A DNA stretch of 64,000 nt from NCBI GenBank assembly GCA_038230995.1, contig JBBRME010000001.1, positions 799 to 64,798 on the forward strand. The letters run 5' to 3'. The notes below the pieces were generated by a model, which had not been told where the DNA came from, searched no databases, and worked only from the letters and a program-made list of their open reading frames with translations. The translations under genes and the position numbers were made by a program. The stretch is from Gemmatales bacterium. Lineage in GTDB: Bacteria; Planctomycetota; Planctomycetia; Gemmatales; Gemmataceae. Shown here piece by piece: positions 46,242 to 55,369 of this stretch (position 1 is its first letter; every line of letters begins with the position of its first letter).

Positions 46242-47431
46242 GCTGGCTTCTCCCACGCGCCATGTAACCCGGCACCGCGTGGGGCCACACCTGTGCCAAA
46301 CGTTGCTTTCACCAAAACCATCGTAATGAACAGACCGCTGCTACAAGTCAACACGATGGAAACCCACGGCCCCACCCAGCGGGCAACATAAAGTTGCCAG
46401 ACACAAACGCCGACCAACAACCCGCAACTAATGGGCAGGAAGTACTTCAGGCACGTCATCATCACCTGATCGATCCGCAGGCGGGGCAGGCTCCAGCGCA
46501 CCCACATCATCACGACGACAAGCATCGACACCTTGGCGATGAACACCGTGGCACTGAGCAAGTTCCCCAACCAGAAGCCGAACTGCGTGGCAGGCTCGAA
46601 CGGAAGGAATCCCGTGTGCCAACCGCCGAGGAACAACAGCACGGCCAGCCCGCTCACCGCGAACATGCTGGCGTACTCGGCGAGAAAAAACACGCTCCAG
46701 CGGAAGCCGCTGTACTCGGTATGGAACCCGGCCACTAACTCGCTCTCGGCTTCGGCCAGGTCGAACGGTGCCCGCTTGCAACTCGCCGTGGCGGTGATGA
46801 AGAACACGAAGAACGCCACGAAGTTGAACGGGTCGTGAAACACCATCCAACGATTCAGGAACCCCTGCTGTTGCTCGGCCATGGAAGTCAGGCTGAGTGA
46901 GCCGTACACACACACCGGCACCAGCACGCACAGGCTGCGTGGCACCTCGTAGCTCACCACTTGGGCCGCCTCGCGGATGCCACCAAATAGGCTCCATTTG
47001 CTGCCCGACGAGTACCCCGCCAGCAACACGCCGAACACTTCGCTACTGAGCACGGCCAGCACGAAGAACACGCCGATGTTCAGCGATTGCGGCACGAAGC
47101 CATGTGCAAACGGGATGGCCACGAAAGCAGTGAAGCTGGCCGCAAAGGCGAGATAGGGTGCGATGCGGAAGAGAAACTTGTCGGCGGCATCCGGTGCCGT
47201 GTCTTCCTTCGTGATGAGCTTGATGCCATCGGCCAAACTCTGGAGCAAGCCAAATGGCCCAACACGGGTCGGCCCCAAGCGATCCTGTATCCGTGCGGAC
47301 ACCTTGCGTTCCGCCCAGATGTACAGAAACGCCGCGAGCCCCACGAAGCCAACCAGCACCCCGGCGTAAATCCCCGCCGCCGTGACTGCGACCAACCACT
47401 CAGGCAGATGTTCGGAGAGGAACTCGATCAT
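46238..47431 (-). CDS. nuoH: NADH-quinone oxidoreductase subunit H
   Basis: WAERKVSARIQDRLGPTRVGPFGLLQSLADGIKL, plus PFDLAEAESELVAGFHTEYSG, the canonical NuoH/ND1 signatures. Confidence 0.9.
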   Translation of the reverse strand: MIEFLSEHLPEWLVAVTAAGIYAGVLVGFVGLAAFLYIWAERKVSARIQDRLGPTRVGPFGLLQSLADGIKLITKEDTAPDAADKFLFRIAPYLAFAASFTAFVAIPFAHGFVPQSLNIGVFFVLAVLSSEVFGVLLAGYSSGSKWSLFGGIREAAQVVSYEVPRSLCVLVPVCVYGSLSLTSMAEQQQGFLNRWMVFHDPFNFVAFFVFFITATASCKRAPFDLAEAESELVAGFHTEYSGFRWSVFFLAEYASMFAVSGLAVLLFLGGWHTGFLPFEPATQFGFWLGNLLSATVFIAKVSMLVVVMMWVRWSLPRLRIDQVMMTCLKYFLPISCGLLVGVCVWQLYVARWVGPWVSIVLTCSSGLFITMVLVKATFGTGVAPRGAGLHGAWEKPA

Positions 47432-47549
47432 GGGCGAAACTCCGTGTCATCATCAGACACGAGTAACATATAGCTCGGTAGGGTTCGAGCACTACGCCGC
47501 ATCATTCACCCTAAAGCTTGGGCTCGACGAGCGATCTAGAAGTGACGGC

Positions 47550-48038
47550 TTACCACCAGTGCCAACTCGACCACAAGAACAACCCCATGTTGATCGTGAT
47601 CGTGAGGCACCAACTGAGTGGCCAACCAGCAGCGATTTTGTGTCGGGCGGACCTTCGGAAAAGGTCTATCCCCATCAGAGCCACACTGGCTAAGACATTT
47701 GCTGCAGACCACCAGATTGATACGGATGACCAACACAGGTTCAAAATCGCTGCAGGAAGTAGCGCTACCGAGCCGAGCATGCAGATTCGGCCGAGGTCGC
47801 CCCAATAAAGCCGCCGCCGCTCAGACGAGAGTCCTACGGCCGAAGCACTCAGTTGAACGACCCAAGTGAAGCTGGGAACAAGCATGCCAATCATCAGCAC
47901 TTCGAGCAGTCGTGCGTTCTTTGCCAACATAGCGAGCGAGCCAGAGAAGATAGCCGTGACGGCTCCTCCAGCGGTGAACCAAGCCGCCGTTGCTGGGTAC
48001 GAATACCCCACAGGAATACTGGCAGTATGATTTGTCAT
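47550..48038 (-). CDS. hypothetical four-helix membrane protein
   Basis: ORF 47550..48173. Start chosen at MTNHTAS (48038). Four hydrophobic segments, Trp-rich C-terminus. No family recognised. Confidence 0.5.
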   Translation of the reverse strand: MTNHTASIPVGYSYPATAAWFTAGGAVTAIFSGSLAMLAKNARLLEVLMIGMLVPSFTWVVQLSASAVGLSSERRRLYWGDLGRICMLGSVALLPAAILNLCWSSVSIWWSAANVLASVALMGIDLFRRSARHKIAAGWPLSWCLTITINMGLFLWSSWHWW

Positions 48039-48516
48039 TCTTCTTTCTCTGCTGCCAAAAAAATCCAAACAGGGCCAGGCATCCCCTACAGCGCGCGTAT
48101 CTTGGCCATCGACGGCAGCAAGTTCAAGCTCAGCATGTGGAGTGGCGAAGTTGTACTTTATCACCATCTGCACGCAATCTGTGCCCTAATTTGACGGGGT
48201 GAGTGTTTTGAAAGCAAAACCAGAACCCCACCAAATGATTCATCACACAAGTAGTTTGGGGTCGTGCAATTTCAGTTTCGACCGGGAGTTGTTTATAGGA
48301 AACGGCCAATCGAGAGATAACCGCTACAAGCAGATCTCAATTTAATCGACTGACGCAGCACCTGGCAGCTCACGCGTCTTCACTTAGCTTCGGAATCAAG
48401 AAGGACGGCACCCACCTACGGTTTCCGTCATCCGCCTTGTCAGCAGGCATTGGCCCGATAACATGCTGTTTCTTCATGATTCCTTCCACGATTGTTCGAC
48501 GTTCAGGAGCGTACTG

Positions 48517-48597
48517 ATGGCACGAGGTGGCAAAGGTCGTCGCAAGGTGGGTCGCAAGAAGCGTCGGATGCGTGCAAAGATTCGTCACCGCAAGTAG
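48517..48597 (+). CDS. 26-aa highly basic micro-protein, bS22-like (AURKAIP1/COX24-type) candidate
   Basis: Below the ORF-track size cutoff. AGGAG lies 7 nt upstream of ATG 48517. Translation is MARGGKGRRKVGRKKRRMRAKIRHRK with stop TAG 48595-48597. The RRMRAKIRHRK segment resembles the KRMxKKKHRK core of actinobacterial bS22. Confidence 0.45.
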   Translation: MARGGKGRRKVGRKKRRMRAKIRHRK

Positions 48598-48671
48598 GCG
48601 GACAGTTTTACTACGTAACCGGCGATGGGTACTCCCATCGCCGTTATGCTGCGCCGGGTTAGGAGAAGATC

Positions 48672-49004
48672 ATGGCCACGTCCAAGCGAATGCAGCAGAT
48701 CGAAGCCATGCTGGCCGACGAGCCGAACGACCCGTTCCTGCGCTACGGCTTGGCTATGGAGCACAGCAGCCTTGGCGACGACTCCGCTGCCGTGCAAGTC
48801 CTGCAAGATCTCATCCAACTTGATCCACAAGCACCGTACATCCCGGCGTTTCTGATGTGTGGCCAAGCCCTACAACGCTTGGGGCGAGACACCGAAGCTG
48901 TGCCGGTTCTCCAGCAAGGCATCGCGTCGGCACGCCGGGCCGGAACTCCGCAAGCACTCCATGCTCTGGGTGAATTGCAGGGGTTGCTGGCAACCATTGA
49001 ATAG
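48672..49004 (+). CDS. tetratricopeptide repeat protein (110 aa)
   Basis: AGGAGAAG SD. Two to three TPR-like helices (NDPFLRYGLAMEHSSLGDDSAAVQVLQDLIQLDP...). Confidence 0.7.
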   Translation: MATSKRMQQIEAMLADEPNDPFLRYGLAMEHSSLGDDSAAVQVLQDLIQLDPQAPYIPAFLMCGQALQRLGRDTEAVPVLQQGIASARRAGTPQALHALGELQGLLATIE

Positions 49005-49080
49005 TTTCAGCGCGTCGATCAATTCATAGCTCTTACGATACCAATGTGCTGGTTTGGGACTTGGCCAACACTGGGAGCAA

Positions 49081-49773
49081 ATGAGCGTGAGAACTCTGGC
49101 CATCGGCGACATACACGGCAACAGCAGCGCGCTGGATGCGTTGATGCACGCCATGCAGCCGACGGCCGAAGATGTGTTGGTGTTCCTCGGCGACTATGTG
49201 GATCGTGGGCCGGATAGCAAAGGAGTGCTGGATCGGCTGATTTCGTGGAAGCCGCAATTGCAGATGATCTGTTTGCGCGGGAATCACGAGCTGATGATGT
49301 GTAGGGCAAGAAGCGAACGTGATGATCGACAGAACTGGATGCTGGTGGGTGGCGCTGAGACTCTAGCGTCCTATGCCGTGGCTGGTCGAGTGGGTATGGA
49401 GTCGATCCCCGAAGAACACTGGAAGTTCCTCGATGACGAGTTGTACGATTTTCTAGAAGCCGACACGCACATCTTCGCGCACGCTAATCTCGAACCCAAC
49501 ACTGAACTCGAAGAACAGCCTGAATTCCACCTGTTCTGGGAGTTCATGTCCGTGCCGGTGAAACATCAATCGGGCAAGACGCTGATCTGTGGGCACACCC
49601 GGCAAAACAGCGGAGTGCCGATGGCTTGGCCAACCACCGTATGCATCGACACCGGCAGCTACAAAGAACACGGCTGGCTCACTGGGCTGCATGTCGAGTC
49701 TGGGAGTTACTGGCAGTCGAACGCTAACGGTGAGGTCAGAACCGGCGAGTTGATCATCGAGGATGTGGAATGA
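49081..49773 (+). CDS. metallophosphoesterase (Ser/Thr phosphatase / ApaH-like)
   Basis: GDIHG, GDYVDRG, GNHE and a later GH motif. Start at MSVRTLAIGDIHG (49081). Confidence 0.85.
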   Translation: MSVRTLAIGDIHGNSSALDALMHAMQPTAEDVLVFLGDYVDRGPDSKGVLDRLISWKPQLQMICLRGNHELMMCRARSERDDRQNWMLVGGAETLASYAVAGRVGMESIPEEHWKFLDDELYDFLEADTHIFAHANLEPNTELEEQPEFHLFWEFMSVPVKHQSGKTLICGHTRQNSGVPMAWPTTVCIDTGSYKEHGWLTGLHVESGSYWQSNANGEVRTGELIIEDVE

Positions 49774-50555
49774 AAAAGCATGACCTAGGCCGCTGGCCTA
49801 GGCTAAACTGTCACGGGCCTTTGGCCCTGAAATCCAAGAGGCCCAACGGGCCGAAACAGGATAGCCTGGGTCAAAGGCCCAGGTGTCAATCACTCGCTGC
49901 ACTCATGGTGCTGCTACTTGCCGGACAATGCTTGGCCGACGCACCGAAGTACACAGTGAAGACGGCCAAGGCCGATCTGCCAAGTGGTGTGAGTGCCGAC
50001 ATCAAAAAAACACTGCAAGCCGATTCCATCACGATCAACGATGAGAACAACTCTGGCGTTATGAAACTCTGGCCCGTGCAGAACATCAGTAGCACGGCAA
50101 GCAACGACCAAATCAAGAACGGCCTGACCTACCGTGAGTGGACGGAAGGTAGCATCATTGGCCTGCTGCAGTTGGAACAACCGTGGGTCGACTACCGCAA
50201 GCAAACAATACCCGTCGGTGTCTATACGCTTCGGCTTGGCTTTCAACCGGACACAGGCGACCACAAAGACACTGCACCCAGCACGGAGTTCCTACTTCTC
50301 AGCCCTGTGGAAGCCGACACGAAAACAGAATCATTGGCTGCGAACGACATCGTCAAATTGAGCAAGAAAGCGACCGGTAATGACCACCCCGGTGTGATGC
50401 TTCTCTTAATACCGAAGGAAACGAGCAAGATTATCGAGCTAAAATCGAACGACAACACATTGTCTGTTCTCACGAGCCTGCCGGTTAAAACATCGGAAAC
50501 CACGGGTACGGTGTACTTGCAGGCTGTGGTTTGGGGACACAGCGCGAAACGATAA
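49770..50555 (+). CDS. hypothetical secreted protein; 5' end carries an in-frame REP-D copy (alternative start ATG 49905)
   Basis: MKKHD + REP-encoded [34 protein letters not shown] + [17 protein letters not shown] (signal h-region) + mature domain. ATG 49770 overlaps the upstream stop (ATGA). Confidence 0.6.
   Translation: MKKHDLGRWPRLNCHGPLALKSKRPNGPKQDSLGQRPRCQSLAALMVLLLAGQCLADAPKYTVKTAKADLPSGVSADIKKTLQADSITINDENNSGVMKLWPVQNISSTASNDQIKNGLTYREWTEGSIIGLLQLEQPWVDYRKQTIPVGVYTLRLGFQPDTGDHKDTAPSTEFLLLSPVEADTKTESLAANDIVKLSKKATGNDHPGVMLLLIPKETSKIIELKSNDNTLSVLTSLPVKTSETTGTVYLQAVVWGHSAKR
49784..49891. repeat. family-D REP copy lying inside an open reading frame
   Basis: CCTAGGCCGCTGGCCTAGG...GGGCCTTTGGCCC...GGCCCAACGGGCC...CCTGGGTCAAAGGCCCAGG. 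Homologous to 21794-21903 (reverse complement). Confidence 0.8.
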
Positions 50556-50568
50556 TGAGGAATACAAG

Positions 50569-51282
50569 ATGATCCGCTTGGGTGTGAATATCGACCACGT
50601 CGCTACGGTTCGCCAAGCCCGGCGAACTTACGAACCCGACCCGGTGGCCGCTGCGGTTTTGGCCATCCTCGGTGGGGCCGACGGCATCACCATTCATTTG
50701 CGTGAAGATCGAAGACACATTCAGGATCGCGATGTCGAGATCCTGAAGCAGACTGTGCCTGTGCGATTGAACTTGGAGATGGCCTGCTACCAAGAGATCG
50801 TAGATATTGCGGTGCGCGTGAAGCCCGACGAAGCCACGCTGGTGCCGGAAAAACGCCAGGAATTGACGACCGAAGGTGGCTTGGATGTGATCGGCCAGCA
50901 GGCCAGTTTGAAGCCCGCCATCGATCGTTTGCTTGCCAGCGACATCGTAGTGTCACTCTTCATCGACCCCGACATCAAGCAAGTCGAGATGAGCAAACAA
51001 CTCGGCGCTCAGGCCATCGAGTTCCACACCGGCACGTATGCCGACACGAAGGGTGTGGTCCAATTACGCGAGTTGGAAAAACTCCGAACCGCCACAGCAC
51101 GTGCCGTGGAGCTGGGCCTGCACGTTCACATGGGCCACGGATTGAACTATCACAATGTGCAGCCGATTGTGCTCATCCCCGGTGTCGAAGAGCTCAACAT
51201 CGGTCATAGTATCATGAGCCGGGCGATGCTTGTGGGTATGGTGCAAGCCGTGCGGGACATGAAAGAAGCGATGAAAGGATAA
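50569..51282 (+). CDS. pdxJ: pyridoxine 5'-phosphate synthase
   Basis: [15 protein letters not shown]...[12 protein letters not shown]...EFHTG...LNIGHS, the conserved PdxJ blocks. Confidence 0.92.
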   Translation: MIRLGVNIDHVATVRQARRTYEPDPVAAAVLAILGGADGITIHLREDRRHIQDRDVEILKQTVPVRLNLEMACYQEIVDIAVRVKPDEATLVPEKRQELTTEGGLDVIGQQASLKPAIDRLLASDIVVSLFIDPDIKQVEMSKQLGAQAIEFHTGTYADTKGVVQLRELEKLRTATARAVELGLHVHMGHGLNYHNVQPIVLIPGVEELNIGHSIMSRAMLVGMVQAVRDMKEAMKG

Positions 51283-51286
51283 CGTC

Positions 51287-52777
51287 ATGCGGTGCATCGT
51301 CGCCTTGATCCTGTTGACTTCCTTCACTTGGGGTGACTCCCCGAAGAAGCCAAACATCGTCTTCATCTTGGCCGATGACCTCGGCTGGGGCGAAACTGGT
51401 TGTTACGGCCAGAAGAAAATACCCACGCCGAACATCGATGCGTTGGCGAAGGATGGCATGCGCTTCACAAGGGCATATTGTGGAGCTCCGGTGTGTGCAC
51501 CTTCGCGGTGTGTGCTGATGACCGGGTTACACCTCGGCCATGCCGAGGTTCGCGGGAACATCCAAGCCAAGACGAAATTCCCCGAGTTCACCGAAGGGCA
51601 AATTCCACTCAGCGCAAGTGCCGTCACCTTCCCCATGTTGCTTCAGAAGGCTGGCTATACCACCGGGGCGATGGGCAAGTGGGGGCTTGGCCCCGTCGGC
51701 AGCACGGGCGACCCGAGCAAAAAGGGCATCGAATACTTCTTCGGGTACAACTGCCAAGCCGTGGCCCATAGCTATTTCCCGCCTTACCTCTGGCGCAATG
51801 CCGAGAAGGTGACGATCAACAAAAAGCCGATCAACGGGCATCCCAAAGTCGTCGAAGGCGATGTGAAACTGAGTGACTATCAAGGCGAACAATACGCACC
51901 GAAGTTGATGATCGAAGAAGCCGAGGCGTTCATCGACAAGAACAAAGCGAAGCCCTTCTTCTTGTATTTGCCATTCATCGAACCACATGTGTCCATGCAT
52001 CCACCTGAAGAGTCTGTCAACAAATTCCCCAAAGAATGGGACGACGTGCAGTACCACGGAGGCAATGGCTACACCCCACATCCCCGCCCACGGGCTGCTT
52101 ACGCCGCCATGATCTCGGACCTCGACAATTACGTCGGTCGAGTGCTGAAAGCTCTCGACAAGGCCGGTGTCAAAGATGACACACTGGTCATTTTCAGCAG
52201 CGACAACGGCACAACCATGCCCAGCGGAACCGAGAAGCAGTTTAACGTTGGCGGGGTTGATGCGAAGTTCTTCAACAGCACTGCCGGTTTGCGTGGCTTC
52301 AAGGGCTCGGTGTACGAAGGTGGCATCCGGGTGCCGATGATTGTGAAATATCCCAATGTGATCAAGCCGGGTACCACGAACGATAGTCCATGCTACTTCG
52401 CCGATTGGTTCACCACACTCATGGACGCCACATCGCAGAAAACGCCGGAGGGTCTCGATGGCGAAAGCCTGTGGCCGACGCTCACGACAGGCAAACCATT
52501 CGTACGGAAGAAGCCGATGATCTACGTCTTCCCCGAAACGCAGGGGCAAGTGGCGGTGATTGATGGGAACAAGAAGTTCGTGCGCACCAAGCTGAAGACA
52601 AAAACACCAGGGCCGTGGGAAGTTTACAACCTCGCCACCGACCCCGGTGAGAAGATCGACTTGGCCAAATCCAGCCAAGCCGAGATCGAGAAAATTGAAG
52701 CTCTTCTGAAGAAGGAAGTGGCGGAGAACGCCAACTTCCCGGTGCCAATCCCTGGTGTTACTCCTTCGGCAAAGTAA
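51287..52777 (+). CDS. arylsulfatase (formylglycine-dependent sulfatase family)
   Basis: PNIVFILADDLGWG and the CAPSR (C-x-P-x-R) motif in VCAPSRCVLMTG. Signal peptide present. Confidence 0.9.
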   Translation: MRCIVALILLTSFTWGDSPKKPNIVFILADDLGWGETGCYGQKKIPTPNIDALAKDGMRFTRAYCGAPVCAPSRCVLMTGLHLGHAEVRGNIQAKTKFPEFTEGQIPLSASAVTFPMLLQKAGYTTGAMGKWGLGPVGSTGDPSKKGIEYFFGYNCQAVAHSYFPPYLWRNAEKVTINKKPINGHPKVVEGDVKLSDYQGEQYAPKLMIEEAEAFIDKNKAKPFFLYLPFIEPHVSMHPPEESVNKFPKEWDDVQYHGGNGYTPHPRPRAAYAAMISDLDNYVGRVLKALDKAGVKDDTLVIFSSDNGTTMPSGTEKQFNVGGVDAKFFNSTAGLRGFKGSVYEGGIRVPMIVKYPNVIKPGTTNDSPCYFADWFTTLMDATSQKTPEGLDGESLWPTLTTGKPFVRKKPMIYVFPETQGQVAVIDGNKKFVRTKLKTKTPGPWEVYNLATDPGEKIDLAKSSQAEIEKIEALLKKEVAENANFPVPIPGVTPSAK

Positions 52778-53792
52778 AGTCCGCCATGTACAACTGCGTT
52801 GGGCTGCGACCATCCCGGCTGCTCGTCCACATGACCTTCTTGTAGTCCGGGCTGAACACAGGCAGCACATCCTGCCCCGGTGCAAAGGTGAGGCGGGTGG
52901 TCTTCTTGGTCTCGATGTTCATCCAGTAGAGGTCGTAGTTCGGGCGTTTGCTTTCGTCGCCGTGGTCGGCAGCAGTGTAGATGATGTGCTTGCCATCTTT
53001 GTGCCAGAATGGTGCCCAGTACACCCACTTATCATCGTTGGTCAGTGCCATCTCACCGGTGCCGTCCACGTTGACCACGTAGAGTTGCAGGCGATCCTTT
53101 TCCTTACGATCGCTGCGGAAGATCACCTTTGTGCCATCCGGGCTGAAGAACGGCCCGCCGTTGTAGCAGTTCTTCGCGGTGGTGATGGCCTTGGGGTTCT
53201 TGCCATTGGCATCCATCACATAGATCTGCACATCACCAGCGTTGCCAGCACTGTAGACAATCTTCTTGCCATCGCTGCTGAAGCTCGCTTCAGCAGTGTA
53301 CACCTTCGCATCCGGTGTCAGGCACTTGCGGTTCTCGCCGTCCGGGTCGGCTTCGTAGATCTTCACGTACGGGTCGAAGTCCCAGTTGTACCGCCGGCGT
53401 ACCCCGGCCTTCGCATCGGCTTCACGCTGCTTGTACTCGGCTTCCTGATGTTTCTTCGTGTCCGGATCTTCGTGACTGCTGCTGAAGATCACCCGCTTGC
53501 CGTTGGGATGAAAGTACCCGCAGGTGGTGCGGCCGTTTCCTGGGCTGATTCGGACGGCTTTGCCGGTGGCCACGTCCTGCACGAACATCTGGTAAAACGG
53601 GTTGCCGGTGCCCTTTTCCTCGGCTTGGAAGATGATCGACTTTGCATCCGGGCTGAAGTAGCCTTCCCCGGCGCGGACGTACTCCGATGTCAGTTGCTTG
53701 ATGTTGGTGAAGACCTTGGCTTCCTCGGCCTTCCAGTCGGTCGGCTCGGCAGCAGGGGCAAGAAGCAAAGCGGAGAGCAAGAACGAGTGCAT
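52758..53792 (-). CDS. PD40/TolB-like beta-propeller protein, secreted
   Basis: Repeated G.FSPDGK.I.F.S blocks (YFSPDAKSIIF, FHPNGKRVIFSS, FSSDGKKIVYS, FSPDGTKVIFRS, FSPDYKKVMWTS). Confidence 0.8.
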   Translation of the reverse strand: MHSFLLSALLLAPAAEPTDWKAEEAKVFTNIKQLTSEYVRAGEGYFSPDAKSIIFQAEEKGTGNPFYQMFVQDVATGKAVRISPGNGRTTCGYFHPNGKRVIFSSSHEDPDTKKHQEAEYKQREADAKAGVRRRYNWDFDPYVKIYEADPDGENRKCLTPDAKVYTAEASFSSDGKKIVYSAGNAGDVQIYVMDANGKNPKAITTAKNCYNGGPFFSPDGTKVIFRSDRKEKDRLQLYVVNVDGTGEMALTNDDKWVYWAPFWHKDGKHIIYTAADHGDESKRPNYDLYWMNIETKKTTRLTFAPGQDVLPVFSPDYKKVMWTSSRDGRSPTQLYMADFTLPKE

Positions 53793-53834
53793 GGAGAAGA
53801 GTTCCTTTAGGGGGGCAATCGATTCATTCTAGCA

Positions 53835-55316
53835 TCAGGTATTGCGCAACTTCTTTTCAAGCAGTTTAGCCAACAGTGCCAGCGGGTAGCTCATCAGCAG
53901 ATACAGCCCGGCGGTGAGGCAGACCAACTGCACGATGTAGTCGCGGTTGAAGTTGTAGAGGTCGTTGTAGCGCTTCGTCAGTTCCGCAATCATGATGATG
54001 GAACAGGCCGAGGTGTCCTTGAACAGGGCGATGAAATCGTTGGTGACGGGTGGAATCACCAAGCGGAAGGCCTGCGGGATGACGATCACGCGGATGGCTG
54101 TCCAGCGACTCATGCCCAAGGCTAACGCCGCTTCCATCTGCCCCTTCGGGATGGCGAGTAGCCCGGCACGGTAGTTCTCGGCTTCGTAGGCACTGTAGTT
54201 GATGGCCAGGCCGATGACCCCGCACACGAAGGTGCCGAAGTAAAGCGGGGCATCCGGGTGGATCTTCACCAGCAGCACCGGCACCACCATGTAGTAGATC
54301 GCGTAGAGTTGCAACAATAGCGGCGTGCCTCGGATGATCTCCACATAGATGCCAAATGGCATGCGAATGAACCACGGGCCGTACACCCGACCCACTGCTA
54401 CGACGAGGCCGATGAGCATGGCCAGTGGGAAGGAGATGAGCGCGAGCTTGACCGTCATCCATGCGGCCTTGAGTAATTCCTGAACGAAGAACTTCATCGG
54501 CTCGACGCGCTCATCCTTGATCTCCGGTGGCCACGGCTGATCGAGAAGTGCAATCAGTTCTTCCTGCTTGCTGTTCCATAGGCCGTACTTCTCGTAGATG
54601 CGACGGAGTGTGCCATCGCGAAGTCCTTCGGCGATGGCGGCATCAAGTTGCTCGCCCAACTCTTTGTCGGTCTTACGGTAGTAGATGACGTAATACCCCC
54701 CGCGAACCGGCTCGGCCGCAACGTGCAGATCGGGGTATTCCTTCAGGTAGTACAGGCAGGCCGGACTGTCTTGGAACGTGGCTGGCACGCGGCCATCATT
54801 GACCAGTTTGAAGACGTTGGCCACGTCCGTGTTGGTAGCCACATCAACCTGCGGGTGATTCTTGCGAAGGTGGTCTTCTGAAGTCGTTCCGCCCAGTACT
54901 ACGACTTGCTTGTTATCCACATCCCTCCACGAAGAGATGTCACTTTCCTTGCGAGAAACAAGGAGCATGTCGAAGACGTAATAGGCCCGCGTGACTCCGT
55001 ACAACTCCACCTTGTCTCGCGAGAGCTCGTATCCGTTCAGGATGACATCGACGCCCTTGTCCGCATCCGCCGGCTTGTTGAGTTGCTCTGGCATTCTTGC
55101 CCAGTCGCCATCCACCATGATGCTCTCGCGCCCCAGCTTCTTGGCCAGGTACTCGGCCAGTTCTACCTCAAAGCCGGTGTACTTGCCGTCGGCTCCTTGC
55201 AGCACAAATGGCGCACCACCGGAAGGGTCGGTACCCCAGCGGAACGGCTTCTTCGCTTCCTGCCCAAACGCCAAGGATGCGAAGACAAGGAACAGCAGAC
55301 CGCAAAGATTCTTCAT
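53835..55316 (-). CDS. fused amino-acid ABC transporter substrate-binding protein/permease
   Basis: An N-terminal SBP_bac_3-like domain is followed by a His/Glu/Gln/Arg-type permease with the EAA loop (EAALALGMSRWTAIRVIVIPQA). No ATPase gene is adjacent. Confidence 0.88.
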   Translation of the reverse strand: MKNLCGLLFLVFASLAFGQEAKKPFRWGTDPSGGAPFVLQGADGKYTGFEVELAEYLAKKLGRESIMVDGDWARMPEQLNKPADADKGVDVILNGYELSRDKVELYGVTRAYYVFDMLLVSRKESDISSWRDVDNKQVVVLGGTTSEDHLRKNHPQVDVATNTDVANVFKLVNDGRVPATFQDSPACLYYLKEYPDLHVAAEPVRGGYYVIYYRKTDKELGEQLDAAIAEGLRDGTLRRIYEKYGLWNSKQEELIALLDQPWPPEIKDERVEPMKFFVQELLKAAWMTVKLALISFPLAMLIGLVVAVGRVYGPWFIRMPFGIYVEIIRGTPLLLQLYAIYYMVVPVLLVKIHPDAPLYFGTFVCGVIGLAINYSAYEAENYRAGLLAIPKGQMEAALALGMSRWTAIRVIVIPQAFRLVIPPVTNDFIALFKDTSACSIIMIAELTKRYNDLYNFNRDYIVQLVCLTAGLYLLMSYPLALLAKLLEKKLRNT

Positions 55317-55369
55317 GTGTCCGATGCCTGATGTTGGATCGGCTTAGAATAGCAGCACTCCTCCAAAGA

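Noticed and set aside
47461-47500. tRNA-like D-loop motif (TAGCTCGGTAGGGTTCGAGC)
   Set aside because: There is no cloverleaf and no flanking acceptor or T-arm complementarity. It lies in the short nuoH upstream spacer.
48370-48588. 72-aa minus-strand ORF, or its 35-aa internal version MKKQHVIGPMPADKADDGNRRWVPSFLIPKLSEDA with a GGAAGGA SD-like sequence
   Set aside because: No recognisable family. The long version overlaps the bS22-like micro-ORF antisense. The short version is plausible but unsupported without conservation or expression data.
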